Shown here piece after piece: positions 25,554 through 34,444 of a stretch of DNA of 34,444 bases (position 1 is its first letter; each line of letters starts with the position of its first letter). This DNA comes from a virus (lineage: Duplodnaviria; Caudoviricetes): IMG/VR virus record IMGVR_UViG_3300020045_013484, positions 1 to 34,444 of that record; one strand, given 5' to 3'. Made by a program: the position numbers and the translations under genes. The notes under the pieces are model-generated. The model did not search any database and was not told where the DNA came from. It saw only the letters and a list, made by a program, of their open reading frames with translations.

Positions 25554-26008
25554 GTTAATCCTCCTTCGTTCATTTTCATTTCTATTTCTTCCATATTTTC
25601 AACATTATCAACTCTTTCATAATCTTCATTGAAACTAATGTCAAAATAGCAATGTAATACTTTATCTACAATATCAAATTCAACATCTTCATAAATTTCA
25701 ATGTTAAAATTATCATTGATTTTAATTAAGTTATTCTCAATAAAAATTTCTGTAAGTGAATCAATCATGTTAAGATTTTCAATTTTATTTTTATCTTTTT
25801 TAGTAGCAAAATAATAAATCCTAACTGTTTGATTTTTATCAATACTTTTAGTCATGAAATCACTAGCTTTTATATTGTCTAATGTAGTCATAAAAGAAGG
25901 TCTTACTATCTTTTCCTCAACATCACTCTCACTTAAAATCTCTATTGCAGGAAATTTGCTTTGTATTTTTTCATTTACTGCCTTTAAAATATCAATATAT
26001 TTAATCAT
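25541..26008 (-). CDS. Tail terminator/completion protein
   Basis: RPSF...IVDKVLHCYFD pattern; synteny. Confidence 0.7.
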   Translation of the reverse strand: MIKYIDILKAVNEKIQSKFPAIEILSESDVEEKIVRPSFMTTLDNIKASDFMTKSIDKNQTVRIYYFATKKDKNKIENLNMIDSLTEIFIENNLIKINDNFNIEIYEDVEFDIVDKVLHCYFDISFNEDYERVDNVENMEEIEMKMNEGGLTWQQ

Positions 26009-26017
26009 TTTTACCTC

Positions 26018-26497
26018 TTATGTTAGACCTTTTTTAAGAACTTCATCAATAAAATCTTTTGTATCAGCATAGTGTGTTCCTTCAAAATCTGCTGCTGCCT
26101 TTTCCATAAAATGCTCTCCAGCAACAAATCCAACCTCTGCACCTTGACCTCTCCGTTCACTCTCTCCTTCTTTTAAGTTTTTACCTCTTTTAAGGATTCT
26201 GTGGCCGTCATTTAATAAATGGTGGTGTGGAGCACTACTATATGACCTTGCAGCCCAATCTCCAGCATATTTATAAACTTTTCCAACTTTGATTTTTTTA
26301 TTTTTTACTTTGTCCTTTAAACCGTTATGACTTGCATTAGTGTCGGTATGATTGAATGAAGCTTTTAACCTGTCATTCTGTTTTTTACTTAATTTTCTAC
26401 CTTGTTTTTTAAGAAATTTTTTAATTTCTTTTCCACCTTTAAAATCATTAGCCATTTTTAATAAATCTCTTTCATAAGCGTCAAATTCATTTGCCAT
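26018..26497 (-). CDS. HK97 gp10-like neck protein
   Basis: SAPHHHLLNDGHR...GFVAGEHFMEKA. Confidence 0.75.
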   Translation of the reverse strand: MANEFDAYERDLLKMANDFKGGKEIKKFLKKQGRKLSKKQNDRLKASFNHTDTNASHNGLKDKVKNKKIKVGKVYKYAGDWAARSYSSAPHHHLLNDGHRILKRGKNLKEGESERRGQGAEVGFVAGEHFMEKAAADFEGTHYADTKDFIDEVLKKGLT

Positions 26498-26505
26498 TTT
26501 TCCAC

Positions 26506-26841
26506 CTACTCGTAAATAATTTTACATAAAAATTCTAAGAATGAATTATTTTTCATATCTTCAAGGAAATAAACAACCTCATATTTGATACCGTTTTTCA
26601 TGAAAAACATATCAATAGAAGGTTCTTTTATTGATAGTTTTCTACACCTAATAACTGCTGAAAACTCTATTTCCTCAACGTCTGTATTTCCCATTTTATT
26701 GACTTTTCCAGTTTTAGGAGTTACTTTACACCAAAGGTCTTTTAATTTTCCTGCTGTTCTTTCAGTTTCTCCCAAAATATTTTTATTGTCTGTCATTCCC
26801 CAAAGTTCTACTTTATTTTTTAAATCTGCTGAAAATTGCAC
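26506..26841 (-). CDS. Head closure protein (SPP1 gp16-like)
   Basis: LKNKVELW...LWCKV...YEVVY; synteny. Confidence 0.75.
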   Translation of the reverse strand: MQFSADLKNKVELWGMTDNKNILGETERTAGKLKDLWCKVTPKTGKVNKMGNTDVEEIEFSAVIRCRKLSIKEPSIDMFFMKNGIKYEVVYFLEDMKNNSFLEFLCKIIYE

Positions 26842-27149
26842 TAAGACCACCTCATTTGAGCCATGAATGATGAAATAATGTATTTTATTTTCTCACTTGC
26901 TGCACTACTTGAAACATCATTTGAAAAAACTCTATTATCAAATAAACTTTGAACTGTCATCAAAATAACTATTTTAGCCATTTTAATGAATTTTTCATCT
27001 TCTATCTTTGTACTATAATCATCAATAGCTCCCTCGAGGTGTACTTCTGCTGCTTCAATACATAATCCAAGAAAAGTATCTTCATCATCATAATCAATTT
27101 TAAGAGCTTCTTTAGCAAGTTCAATTGTTACTATTGCAATATTAACCAC
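26841..27149 (-). CDS. Head-tail connector (HK97 gp6-like)
   Basis: AKEALKIDYDDED...IEAA...LFDNR. Confidence 0.88.
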   Translation of the reverse strand: MVNIAIVTIELAKEALKIDYDDEDTFLGLCIEAAEVHLEGAIDDYSTKIEDEKFIKMAKIVILMTVQSLFDNRVFSNDVSSSAASEKIKYIISSFMAQMRWS

Positions 27150-27153
27150 CCCT

Positions 27154-27498
27154 TTAAATTTCAGCCATTGTCAAGCCTACAAAAGTTCTATTTGTTCCCC
27201 TGCCTGTAGTTGTAATTGTGATTTTTTCATTTGCATTCATAACAATATTTAAGTTACTTCCTGTTCCTTCTTTAATACTATTAGAAAAATCACAAGTCAA
27301 TAAAACTCTTCCACTATCCCCTGTTATTCTACAAGAACCTTGATTTCCATTACCATTAATCAATATGCCTTTTACAATATAGTGTTTTCCAGTTGCAGGA
27401 GTTTTTAAAATTACTGTATCGCCTATAAATTCATCAGAATTACTTCTAGTATTAAATGAAACATCTGTCAAATATGCTGTTTGTTGCCATGTTTCCAT
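27154..27498 (-). CDS. Hypothetical virion-associated beta-rich protein
   Basis: 114-aa ORF in the head module, AAGGTTGGG RBS. Confidence 0.65.
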   Translation of the reverse strand: METWQQTAYLTDVSFNTRSNSDEFIGDTVILKTPATGKHYIVKGILINGNGNQGSCRITGDSGRVLLTCDFSNSIKEGTGSNLNIVMNANEKITITTTGRGTNRTFVGLTMAEI

Positions 27499-27512
27499 AT
27501 TCCCAACCTTTC

Positions 27513-27533
27513 AAAGTGCCACGGTGGCACTTT
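27513..27533. repeat. Palindrome copy 3
   Basis: AAAGTGCCACGGTGGCACTTT, core 27516-27530. Confidence 0.85.
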
Positions 27534-27534
27534 A

Positions 27535-27993
27535 TTATTTTGTAGCTTCTGCTTCTGCTATTTTCTTTTCAAGAGTTTCATCTTTGAAATTAGACAATAC
27601 ACCTTTTATTCCAAGTTCTTCTGCTTTTGAAATTAATCTAGCTCTTTTTTCTTCTTCCGTTTCTTCTGTGTTTATTTCAGAAGGATTTTCTAAATCTGTT
27701 TTTATATCTCCAGCAGGTAAATAATTTTCATTTCCGTTTTTTGAATTTTTAAAATCATAAATGCAATCTTCAATAATATTTGTATCCATTTTTTCAGTTT
27801 CCCCTATAAGTCCAAGTTCTTTGAATTTATTTATAAGAGCTTCTCTATATTGGTCTTTTGCAGGTTCTAAACTTTCAGCATAACCAAATTCAATTAATTT
27901 TTTTGCTGTGTTTTCTGATAATTCTCTTTCCTGTCCTTTTTTAAAATGTTCATAACCTGTGCCATTACAATCTTGTACGCATTTTACCTTCAC
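27535..27993 (-). CDS. Head-associated accessory protein with C-terminal Rho-N/HeH-like helix pair
   Basis: AGGAGG-GTG start at 27993; KKG...E.....AKKLIEFGYAE and LISKAEELGI...ETLEKKI patterns. Confidence 0.6.
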   Translation of the reverse strand: MKVKCVQDCNGTGYEHFKKGQERELSENTAKKLIEFGYAESLEPAKDQYREALINKFKELGLIGETEKMDTNIIEDCIYDFKNSKNGNENYLPAGDIKTDLENPSEINTEETEEEKRARLISKAEELGIKGVLSNFKDETLEKKIAEAEATK

Positions 27994-28019
27994 TTTAAAA
28001 CCTCCTAAACTTTTTTTTA

Positions 28020-28295
28020 TTACTTTTTTTCTTTTATTTTTATTGTTAATTTGTAGATATAGAAAAATGCTGTTACATACTCCCAAAATTCAATTTTCCC
28101 ATTTTGATTTCTGTCTATTTTGAAGATTTTTTTAATCAAAGCTCCAATGTCATCAATACCAAGTTGTTTATCTTCGTTTTGGTCTAATGCTTCTTTAATA
28201 TCTGCTCCTAGTTCTTCTGCTCCAACTTCCAATTTTATTTCAGTTTCTAATATAATCGGTTTGAAAATCTTTTTAATATTATCGAAAAAACTCAT
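28020..28295 (-). CDS. EF-hand (Ca2+-binding loop) protein
   Basis: GGAGGT-ATG at 28295; loops DQNEDKQLGIDD and DRNQNGKIEFWE. Confidence 0.65.
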   Translation of the reverse strand: MSFFDNIKKIFKPIILETEIKLEVGAEELGADIKEALDQNEDKQLGIDDIGALIKKIFKIDRNQNGKIEFWEYVTAFFYIYKLTIKIKEKK

Positions 28296-28302
28296 AATAA
28301 AT

Positions 28303-28464
28303 CTACCTCCAAAGTACAAATAATGATACAAAAATAATAGATACAATTGATAAAATATACATACAATCTTTAGTACTGAACTTTAATTCTTGTGCAATTT
28401 CTTTGCTTTTAAAATTGCTTGTTGTACTATAAAACTCTCCAAAATATTTTCTAATTCTTTTCAT
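28303..28464 (-). CDS. Small C-terminally anchored membrane protein
   Basis: AGGAGG-ATG at 28464; YILSIVSIIFVSLFVLW TM segment. Confidence 0.6.
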   Translation of the reverse strand: MKRIRKYFGEFYSTTSNFKSKEIAQELKFSTKDCMYILSIVSIIFVSLFVLWR

Positions 28465-28481
28465 AAGTCCTCCTAAAAGAA

Positions 28482-28508
28482 AAAATAAAAAGTGCCACGG
28501 TGGCACTT
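28482..28508 (-). terminator. Palindrome copy 4; terminator after the capsid gene
   Basis: Core 28492-28506, followed by TTTTTATTTTT on the minus strand. Confidence 0.75.
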
Positions 28509-28512
28509 CTTA

Positions 28513-29679
28513 TTAAACTACTATTTCTCCATAAATTACTGCTGCACTATCAACTTTTTTAGCGTCAAATCTCATTATAGCTCTTATATCAGTTCTGTTT
28601 TTCTTGAATGAATCCCCACCAACATTTGTTGCTAATAAAGACATTTGTTGTCTGTCAAAAACAGTAATAAGCTCTTTTAAATCTCCAATTACAACAGGGG
28701 CTTTTTTAGTTGTAACCTCTCCTACTGTAGTACTTACAGTTTTTAAAACTTTATTTGAAACTTTTACAACTCTTCTACCATCGACCATTTTGAAAGCTGA
28801 GTTTTGTGGGTCTTTTTCTAAAATATAATTTCCGTCTAAATCTTTTAATTTATTGAATTTACTATAAGAATCTTGGTTCATAAAAATTAAAGATTTTAAT
28901 GATATTGCTGGGTCAAGTGATATATCTAAAATATCTTTTATATCATCTATATCCTCAACAGCAGTTTTTGGAAGTGTTGCCAAAACATCTAAAATTAATT
29001 TATTAGTAGTTGCTACATTCTTTTTAGCTAACCACTTATTTAAATATGGTTTTAAAGATGTAGAATCAGACATTAGATTATTTGGAACTGGTAAAATTCC
29101 TCCTCTATCTTCTATTGTATAAGTAATATTATTTATTTTAGGAGTATCTGTATCTTGCACATCGTTTCCTTCTGTGAATTTTTCAAAAGGTATATATTCT
29201 GCGTCAACTTCTATGTTTCTACTTCCAGATAGTGTGTTAACAGTTTCAACATTAACATACTCAAGAAGTGGCAAAAATTCTCTTGTTAATTCTTTTATTT
29301 CAGTTTGTTGGTCTTTAGGTATTGCATGCCCTCCATCTTCTCCTGTGCTTGAAGAAAGTGCATTTTGAACAAGTAAAGCTTCTTGCTCTGCTGTTATTTT
29401 TTTTCCTGCAAGTGCATTATAAAAAGCTGTATCATAATCATCTTTTGGGTCTAGTAATTTATTTTGTGGATTTCCTGCACCTTTTTTCATTTCTGCTTCA
29501 AGGTCTAATTTCTCTTGATTTTCAATATTTTCTTGCATAGCAATTTTAGCTTTTAAGGCTTCAATCTCTGCTGACCTATTGTTTATTTCCTCTGCTGTTA
29601 CCCCTACTTTGTCAACTAAGGCTTTTGATTCTGCGATTAATACATTTAACTGTGCTCTCATTTGTTGTGATTTTGTCAT
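28513..29679 (-). CDS. Major capsid protein, HK97 family
   Basis: N-terminal coiled-coil delta domain; DGGHAIP...KLKDLDGNYIL...GDLKE...RAIMRFD. Confidence 0.95.
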   Translation of the reverse strand: MTKSQQMRAQLNVLIAESKALVDKVGVTAEEINNRSAEIEALKAKIAMQENIENQEKLDLEAEMKKGAGNPQNKLLDPKDDYDTAFYNALAGKKITAEQEALLVQNALSSSTGEDGGHAIPKDQQTEIKELTREFLPLLEYVNVETVNTLSGSRNIEVDAEYIPFEKFTEGNDVQDTDTPKINNITYTIEDRGGILPVPNNLMSDSTSLKPYLNKWLAKKNVATTNKLILDVLATLPKTAVEDIDDIKDILDISLDPAISLKSLIFMNQDSYSKFNKLKDLDGNYILEKDPQNSAFKMVDGRRVVKVSNKVLKTVSTTVGEVTTKKAPVVIGDLKELITVFDRQQMSLLATNVGGDSFKKNRTDIRAIMRFDAKKVDSAAVIYGEIVV

Positions 29680-29706
29680 CTTTTTAAATCCTCCTACGTT
29701 TTATTA

Positions 29707-30396
29707 TTATTTGATTATTGCTAGATTAAGTTTTGCTTTTGCTAAATCCAAAGCTTGATTTTCTAAATTTGGCTTATTCATATTATTGAACATCAATTCA
29801 TTACGAAGCTTATTTATAAGCATTTGTGGAATAGTTTCCCCAATATCAAAACTGTTTTTAAATATATTTTGATTATCTACAAACATAATTTCATCTGCAA
29901 AACCTAGTTCAATTGCTTTCTGTGCTGTCATATACGTTTCATTGTTCATTAACTGCAATAATTCGTTATGTTCTTTCCCTGTTTTAAGCTTATAAACATT
30001 AGAAATTGAAGTATTAAGACCTTTTAAAATTTCTGCTCCAAGCTGCATATCATTATAATCGCCTTGAAAAGTTCCACTTACATTGTGAATCATCATTTGT
30101 GCAGGTGGCGACATTAATATTTTTTTTCCTGCAAGAGCAATGACACTTGCTGAACTTCCTGCCATTCCAGTTACTTTAACCGTAACATTTCCATATTCTT
30201 TTAATGCTGTGTAAATATCAAAACCTGCGAATACTGAACCACCCCCCGAATTAATATAAACTTCAAGTTCTTCCCCAGCTACTGCATTTTTTATCATGTT
30301 CTTTACTTTGTTTGGGCTTGTGTAGTCCATTTCAGCCCAATCGTAATAAATTGCATAATCGTTTGGGATAATTGCACCCTCAATATTAATCTTCAC
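29707..30396 (-). CDS. ClpP-type prohead maturation protease
   Basis: INSGGGSVFAG, AGSSASVIALAG, MMIHN, ETYMTAQKAIELGFAD. Confidence 0.95.
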   Translation of the reverse strand: MKINIEGAIIPNDYAIYYDWAEMDYTSPNKVKNMIKNAVAGEELEVYINSGGGSVFAGFDIYTALKEYGNVTVKVTGMAGSSASVIALAGKKILMSPPAQMMIHNVSGTFQGDYNDMQLGAEILKGLNTSISNVYKLKTGKEHNELLQLMNNETYMTAQKAIELGFADEIMFVDNQNIFKNSFDIGETIPQMLINKLRNELMFNNMNKPNLENQALDLAKAKLNLAIIK

Positions 30397-31646
30397 TATT
30401 TACTTCCTCCTTTCGCCCATTGCGTTCCGACTTGATTTAACTTTATAAAATTACCGTTTCCGATAAGTACATCTGCTTCGTCCATATAAGGTAAATCTTC
30501 ACTTTCACGAGCTTCATTTGGTGTCGTTACAAAATTATTAATATTTTTTGCATTAACTTCTGCCCTTGTTTTACTATCCATTTCAAATAGTACTTTTTTA
30601 TTGATTTCAAGCCTTATACCTTTTTTTATATCCTGCAAAATTAAAAGCTTATAAGTTACTTCTTGATTATAATTATTGAAACTTGACTGTAACGTATTGA
30701 CATAAAAATCTAATTGCTGTGTTTCAGAATTGCTATAACTTGATTTATCATAGTTATTAATCACGTTTGGCTTTATTCCGAAGGCTGCTGCAATTTGTAA
30801 AGCTGACATCTTATTATTATCAAAGAATTGAGCGTCACTAAGCTTCATATCAAGTGTTTGTGCTGTAATTCCAAGAGGTAAAGGAATAAATTTTCCTGTT
30901 CCTACTGTACTAGAATAACTTTCAATTTTTGCAGCAAGTTTTGCTTCTTTTGTGCTGTCCAAATCTCCAGTATAATTTAAAATTACTTTTCCACCGAACA
31001 TATTATTTGAATATAATTTTTGCAAGAACTGTTCAGCACTCAACTGTGATTTAATTGTGCTTTTTAGCATATCTTTTATTGAAATTCCAACTATTCCTTG
31101 AAAAGAAAATGCACTTTTAAAATGAAGTATCTCATCTGAAAAGAATTTATATTGCTTTCCTGTTTGACTATCACTCCATACATACCAAATAGAGTTTTTA
31201 TCTCCAAAAATCCCTTTATCATCTCTCCAAATTTGCATTTCATTAGCTGGCAATATCCAAAGTCCTGTTATTCTTCCATTTAAAACTTCAATATAAGAAT
31301 AAGCATTTCCATAATGATTTTTATGAAATTCCATACAACTCCAAAAATCTGCTGCTGTATAGTGAGGATTAGGTCTTAAATTCAATAAATAATCAATTTC
31401 ACTATCAAATAACTTTTCTTTTCCCTTTTTTTCTGTCTTTTGGAGTTTCTCCCAAGGCATTTTTGAGGTAGTTTTACATAAATGGCTCATGCAAGTAAAA
31501 TAAGTAACTTCATTTAGTTCTGTTTGGCTTGATACATTTGTTGTATCAATTCCTAAACCTGCTAAAAATTGAGCTGCCATAGGGTCTGATAATGTGAACC
31601 CTACGGATTCATTTTTAATCTGAAAAAAATCTTTTAAAAATCCCAA
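30396..31646 (-). CDS. Portal protein, HK97 family
   Basis: LLNLRPNP, YGNAY, ILHFK, IAAAFGIKP, SYSNSE, TPNEARE. Confidence 0.96.
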   Translation of the reverse strand: MGFLKDFFQIKNESVGFTLSDPMAAQFLAGLGIDTTNVSSQTELNEVTYFTCMSHLCKTTSKMPWEKLQKTEKKGKEKLFDSEIDYLLNLRPNPHYTAADFWSCMEFHKNHYGNAYSYIEVLNGRITGLWILPANEMQIWRDDKGIFGDKNSIWYVWSDSQTGKQYKFFSDEILHFKSAFSFQGIVGISIKDMLKSTIKSQLSAEQFLQKLYSNNMFGGKVILNYTGDLDSTKEAKLAAKIESYSSTVGTGKFIPLPLGITAQTLDMKLSDAQFFDNNKMSALQIAAAFGIKPNVINNYDKSSYSNSETQQLDFYVNTLQSSFNNYNQEVTYKLLILQDIKKGIRLEINKKVLFEMDSKTRAEVNAKNINNFVTTPNEARESEDLPYMDEADVLIGNGNFIKLNQVGTQWAKGGSK

Positions 31647-31661
31647 TTTTTCACCCCCTTT

Positions 31662-31874
31662 CTATTTTTTTTCTGTTGGCAATCTAGCAAAAATAAAAGC
31701 TAGAAAAATTAAACTTATTCCTGCAACATAAAATCCAGCTACATAGTTAATTAAAAAAGTAGCGTATACAATAAAAAATAATCCTAAAATAAATAATATT
31801 TCGGGATTATTTTTCTTGAATAATTCTTTAATTTTTTTAATTCGTGCCACCGTGGCACTTTTAATTTTTTTCAT
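31662..31874 (-). CDS. Small two-TM protein between terL and portal
   Basis: EILFILGLFFIVYATFLINYVAGFYVAGISLIFLA. Confidence 0.7.
   Translation of the reverse strand: MKKIKSATVARIKKIKELFKKNNPEILFILGLFFIVYATFLINYVAGFYVAGISLIFLAFIFARLPTEKK
31844..31858. repeat. Palindrome copy 5, inside coding sequence
   Basis: GTGCCACCGTGGCAC encoding SATVAR. Confidence 0.85.
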
Positions 31875-32145
31875 TTGACCACCCACAATCTTTTTTATAA
31901 GCACTACATTTTTTCATTTTTTTCGTTAAATAAACACCTGTAAATAAACATTTATTTTGTTGAAAACTATAATATATACAACTATTACATAAGTTCTTAT
32001 TTTTTATTTTGTTTATGTATTTTTTTAATTTATTTTTAATTTTATTTTCTTTTGATTTTTGATACAACAGTTTTAAATAATGCAATATCAAATCATATAT
32101 AAATCTTGATATAAAAAAAGCTATAAATAGTTTTAGAAATGTCAT
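31861..32145 (-). CDS. Membrane-anchored protein with C-terminal Cys cluster
   Basis: GGAGGT-ATG at 32145; N-terminal hydrophobic helix; CNSC...C...C. Confidence 0.6.
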   Translation of the reverse strand: MTFLKLFIAFFISRFIYDLILHYLKLLYQKSKENKIKNKLKKYINKIKNKNLCNSCIYYSFQQNKCLFTGVYLTKKMKKCSAYKKDCGWSNEKN

Positions 32146-32146
32146 T

Positions 32147-33874
32147 CTAACCTCCATAAAGTCTATCCAAATAATCATCTGAAAGATATTTATTTAAATC
32201 TAATTGGAACTCGTGGTATTGAGCTAATTTAAAAGCTCCTAACATCGCGTCAACTGGGTCAATCCTTTTTGTTGTAGCGTCTTTGTCTATTTTTATAAGT
32301 CCATTTAATTGTTTTGTAATTGCATTTGCCATTGAAAAATTTAAAACTGGATTATGCTCATATATGACATTCTCACAAAGTATTTGTTCCCTAAATCCTA
32401 CTGTACTTTCATTCAATGATTTTTGTGATTGATATACTTCTACAACTTCATAACCTTGATTTGCTAAATCCATCATTAATTTTGAAGCATTTGAAGGGTC
32501 AAAACATAACGTTTTTATGATAAGACCTTTATCTTCACAAAACTTTTTAAAATATGTAATTACCTTTTCTTGGTCTACAATTGGACTATCTGTTACAGTT
32601 ATAAATCCTTGTCTTTCCCATGCTGTATAAGGGGCTTTATCTGTTCTTTCCCTTTCAAGTAGTTTTTCAGTACTCGGAACAAAAGAATGTGAAAAACAAT
32701 AATATTTTGCTACTCCTGCAACCATTAAAGGAATTATAAAAGCTACGCTTGTTAAATCTATCTTCGCTGACATATCAAAACCTATATAAACACTATTACC
32801 TTTCAAAATTTCCCATGGCATATTTTTTACTTCACATTTTTTTAATTTTGACATATCCATATATCCATTATCTTTTGCTTGTAACCAAGTATTACAAGTC
32901 TTTGTCAAAAATGCTGTCATTTTTTCGGGTATTTCATTTGCTATTTTTAAAGAATCTAATATCCCTTGTACACCAACTTCATAACTGCAAACAATTGGAT
33001 TTGCTTTTGAAATATTATCAATAGATAATTTATCTCCTATATCCATTTCTAAAATATCTACAAAATAACTATCATTTTCAATATCAATATTTTCATTTAA
33101 TATATCTGAACAATATTTATATTCTTGTGTATAACATGGTTTATTCAAGTCAAATCCTGCTGTAGTAATAATTAAAAGTAAAGGATTTCTTCTTGCCTTT
33201 GCTCCTGTATCATGCATATCATAGAAGCCTGTATCCTCGTGCAAATGGTATTCATCAAGACAAGTTGTATTTGGGTTTTCTCCATCTCCTGTTTTACCAT
33301 CTTCTTTAGAAAGTGGCTCAATGTAAGAACCTGTTTTTATGTGTTCTATTTTTACAACTGTCAATTTAAACTTGTTTTTTAATTTAGATTTTTTTAGCAT
33401 TAATTTACATTCGTTGAATATTATTTTAGATTGCCTTTTTTTTATCCCGGCACAATAGCTTTCAATAAGTTCATTGTATTTAACGCTTATATAACTAATT
33501 TCATAAAGCAAAATTCCTGCTAACAATTGAGATTTAGCGTTTTTTCTTCCAACGATTATTAGAGCTTTTTTAAATCTTCTATTCCCTTGACTATCTAACC
33601 AACCATATAATTGACAAGCAATAAATTTTTGCCAAGTTGTCAAGTGTATCGGTTGCCCTGCTATTATCCCTTTACTGTGCCTTAAATTTGTAAACCAGTT
33701 CACTATCTTTTGAGCTTCGTACTCGTTCCAAGACCAAAAAAATAAAGGGTCATTTACTTCCCTTTCAATATCTTTTAAAAATCTTTTACAAGCTTGTTTA
33801 TGTTTTTTACCACTTATTATTTTTCCATTTATACAGTCATTAGAATAATCTATTAATTCCTGTTTTAAAGTCAT
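32147..33874 (-). CDS. terL: Terminase large subunit
   Basis: LTTWQKF, GRKNAKS Walker A, LDEYH Walker B, IITTAG, GFDMS, RIDPVDA. Confidence 0.97.
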   Translation of the reverse strand: MTLKQELIDYSNDCINGKIISGKKHKQACKRFLKDIEREVNDPLFFWSWNEYEAQKIVNWFTNLRHSKGIIAGQPIHLTTWQKFIACQLYGWLDSQGNRRFKKALIIVGRKNAKSQLLAGILLYEISYISVKYNELIESYCAGIKKRQSKIIFNECKLMLKKSKLKNKFKLTVVKIEHIKTGSYIEPLSKEDGKTGDGENPNTTCLDEYHLHEDTGFYDMHDTGAKARRNPLLLIITTAGFDLNKPCYTQEYKYCSDILNENIDIENDSYFVDILEMDIGDKLSIDNISKANPIVCSYEVGVQGILDSLKIANEIPEKMTAFLTKTCNTWLQAKDNGYMDMSKLKKCEVKNMPWEILKGNSVYIGFDMSAKIDLTSVAFIIPLMVAGVAKYYCFSHSFVPSTEKLLERERTDKAPYTAWERQGFITVTDSPIVDQEKVITYFKKFCEDKGLIIKTLCFDPSNASKLMMDLANQGYEVVEVYQSQKSLNESTVGFREQILCENVIYEHNPVLNFSMANAITKQLNGLIKIDKDATTKRIDPVDAMLGAFKLAQYHEFQLDLNKYLSDDYLDRLYGG

Positions 33875-34218
33875 TATAAATCACCGAATTCATTATCGTC
33901 AGGCTTTTTCTCTCCTAATTTTAAAGCTGCTATTTTTAATCTACTGTCTATTGTTAATCCTAAAAGACTTGAATACTTTTTCATCTCCTCAGAATATTTA
34001 ATTTGTATTTTTATTAAAGGATTTTCAACAATGTTTGCTCCACCGAACTTATTTATATGTGTAACTGTCAAGGGTTCGTCTTTTAATTGGTTTGTCACAT
34101 CAATATAACTTGAAAACGCATTACAGTAAGTTCCTAAATTGTTGTAATCTAAATTGCTAATAAATTTTAGTTCTTTGAACTGTTCATTTAGTCTTTTCCA
34201 TTCTTTTTTTGCCAAATT
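33874..34218 (-). CDS. terS: Terminase small subunit (P27 family), C-terminal part
   Basis: AKKEWKRL...LGTYCNAFS...NPLIKIQ...LGLTIDSR. Confidence 0.88.
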   Translation of the reverse strand, partial: NLAKKEWKRLNEQFKELKFISNLDYNNLGTYCNAFSSYIDVTNQLKDEPLTVTHINKFGGANIVENPLIKIQIKYSEEMKKYSSLLGLTIDSRLKIAALKLGEKKPDDNEFGDL

Positions 34219-34444
34219 CAGAGCAAAAGGGGGTAAAATTATGAAAAAATAGTTGGAGGTGATAACATGAGTAAAATTAGAAAACCGCTGGAACTTCAAG
34301 AAGGACACTTGACAAAACAACAGATTGAAGAAAGAGAACAGCAGGAAGAAATGGTTCAAGTAGGTTCGGAACAACTCAAAAAAACACCTTTATGGCTTAG
34401 GGATAATTTGGCAAAAAAAGAATGGAAAAGACTAAATGAACAGT
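34179..34444. repeat. 40-bp inverted duplication at the contig end (34179-34218 vs 34405-34444)
   Basis: Exact reverse complements; the second copy runs to the last base. Confidence 0.92.
34267..34444 (+). CDS. terS: Terminase small subunit N-terminus, inverted
   Basis: GGAGGTG RBS; MSKIRKPLELQEGHLTKQQIEERE...PLWLRDNLAKKEWKRLNEQ overlaps the minus-strand part. Confidence 0.85.
   Translation, partial: MSKIRKPLELQEGHLTKQQIEEREQQEEMVQVGSEQLKKTPLWLRDNLAKKEWKRLNEQ

Larger units (their letters stand above)
1..34444. mobile_element. Temperate myovirus genome (near complete, non-integrated form)
   Basis: Complete packaging, head, contractile tail, lysis, integration and replication modules; no host housekeeping genes; intact attP between the lysis and early modules. 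Confidence 0.96.

Noticed and set aside
536-33024. Plus-strand ORFs of 60-157 aa in the track (e.g. 536..811, 17077..17367, 25159..25632) and minus-strand ORFs inside int
   Set aside because: Antisense shadows of well-supported genes; no RBS or recognisable motifs.
1-34444. Alternative genetic code or stop-codon recoding
   Set aside because: Core genes are full length in the standard code, and all three stop codons are used as stops.

Overview
The whole window is a near-complete genome of an AT-rich temperate myovirus with an HK97-type head and an Xkd/PBSX-like contractile tail. The host is most plausibly Clostridia-like (inferred from gene families). Almost all genes are on the minus strand, running terS-terL-portal-ClpP protease-capsid-neck-sheath/tube-tape measure-baseplate-tail fibre-lysis, then a plus-strand large serine recombinase, then early/replication genes and a small tyrosine recombinase. 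The phage is in the excised (attP-intact) form. Both contig ends look like chimeric assembly or amplification artefacts. Best leads: (1) a ~500-nt ORF-free, heavily base-paired minus-strand RNA at 3094-3595; (2) attP lies inside the serine integrase gene and matches a tmRNA-type 3' end, so integration should swap the integrase C-terminus; (3) an early gene array punctuated by four covarying G-U-rich hairpin repeats; (4) three sigma-A promoters sharing one operator, with no canonical CI gene; (5) tandem dif-like sites upstream of the tyrosine recombinase; (6) a 15-bp palindrome repeated five times in the late region; (7) an early gene resembling the tail-tube N-terminus; (8) an EF-hand protein in the head module. 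All calls come from reading the sequence by eye; no searches or folding programs were run.
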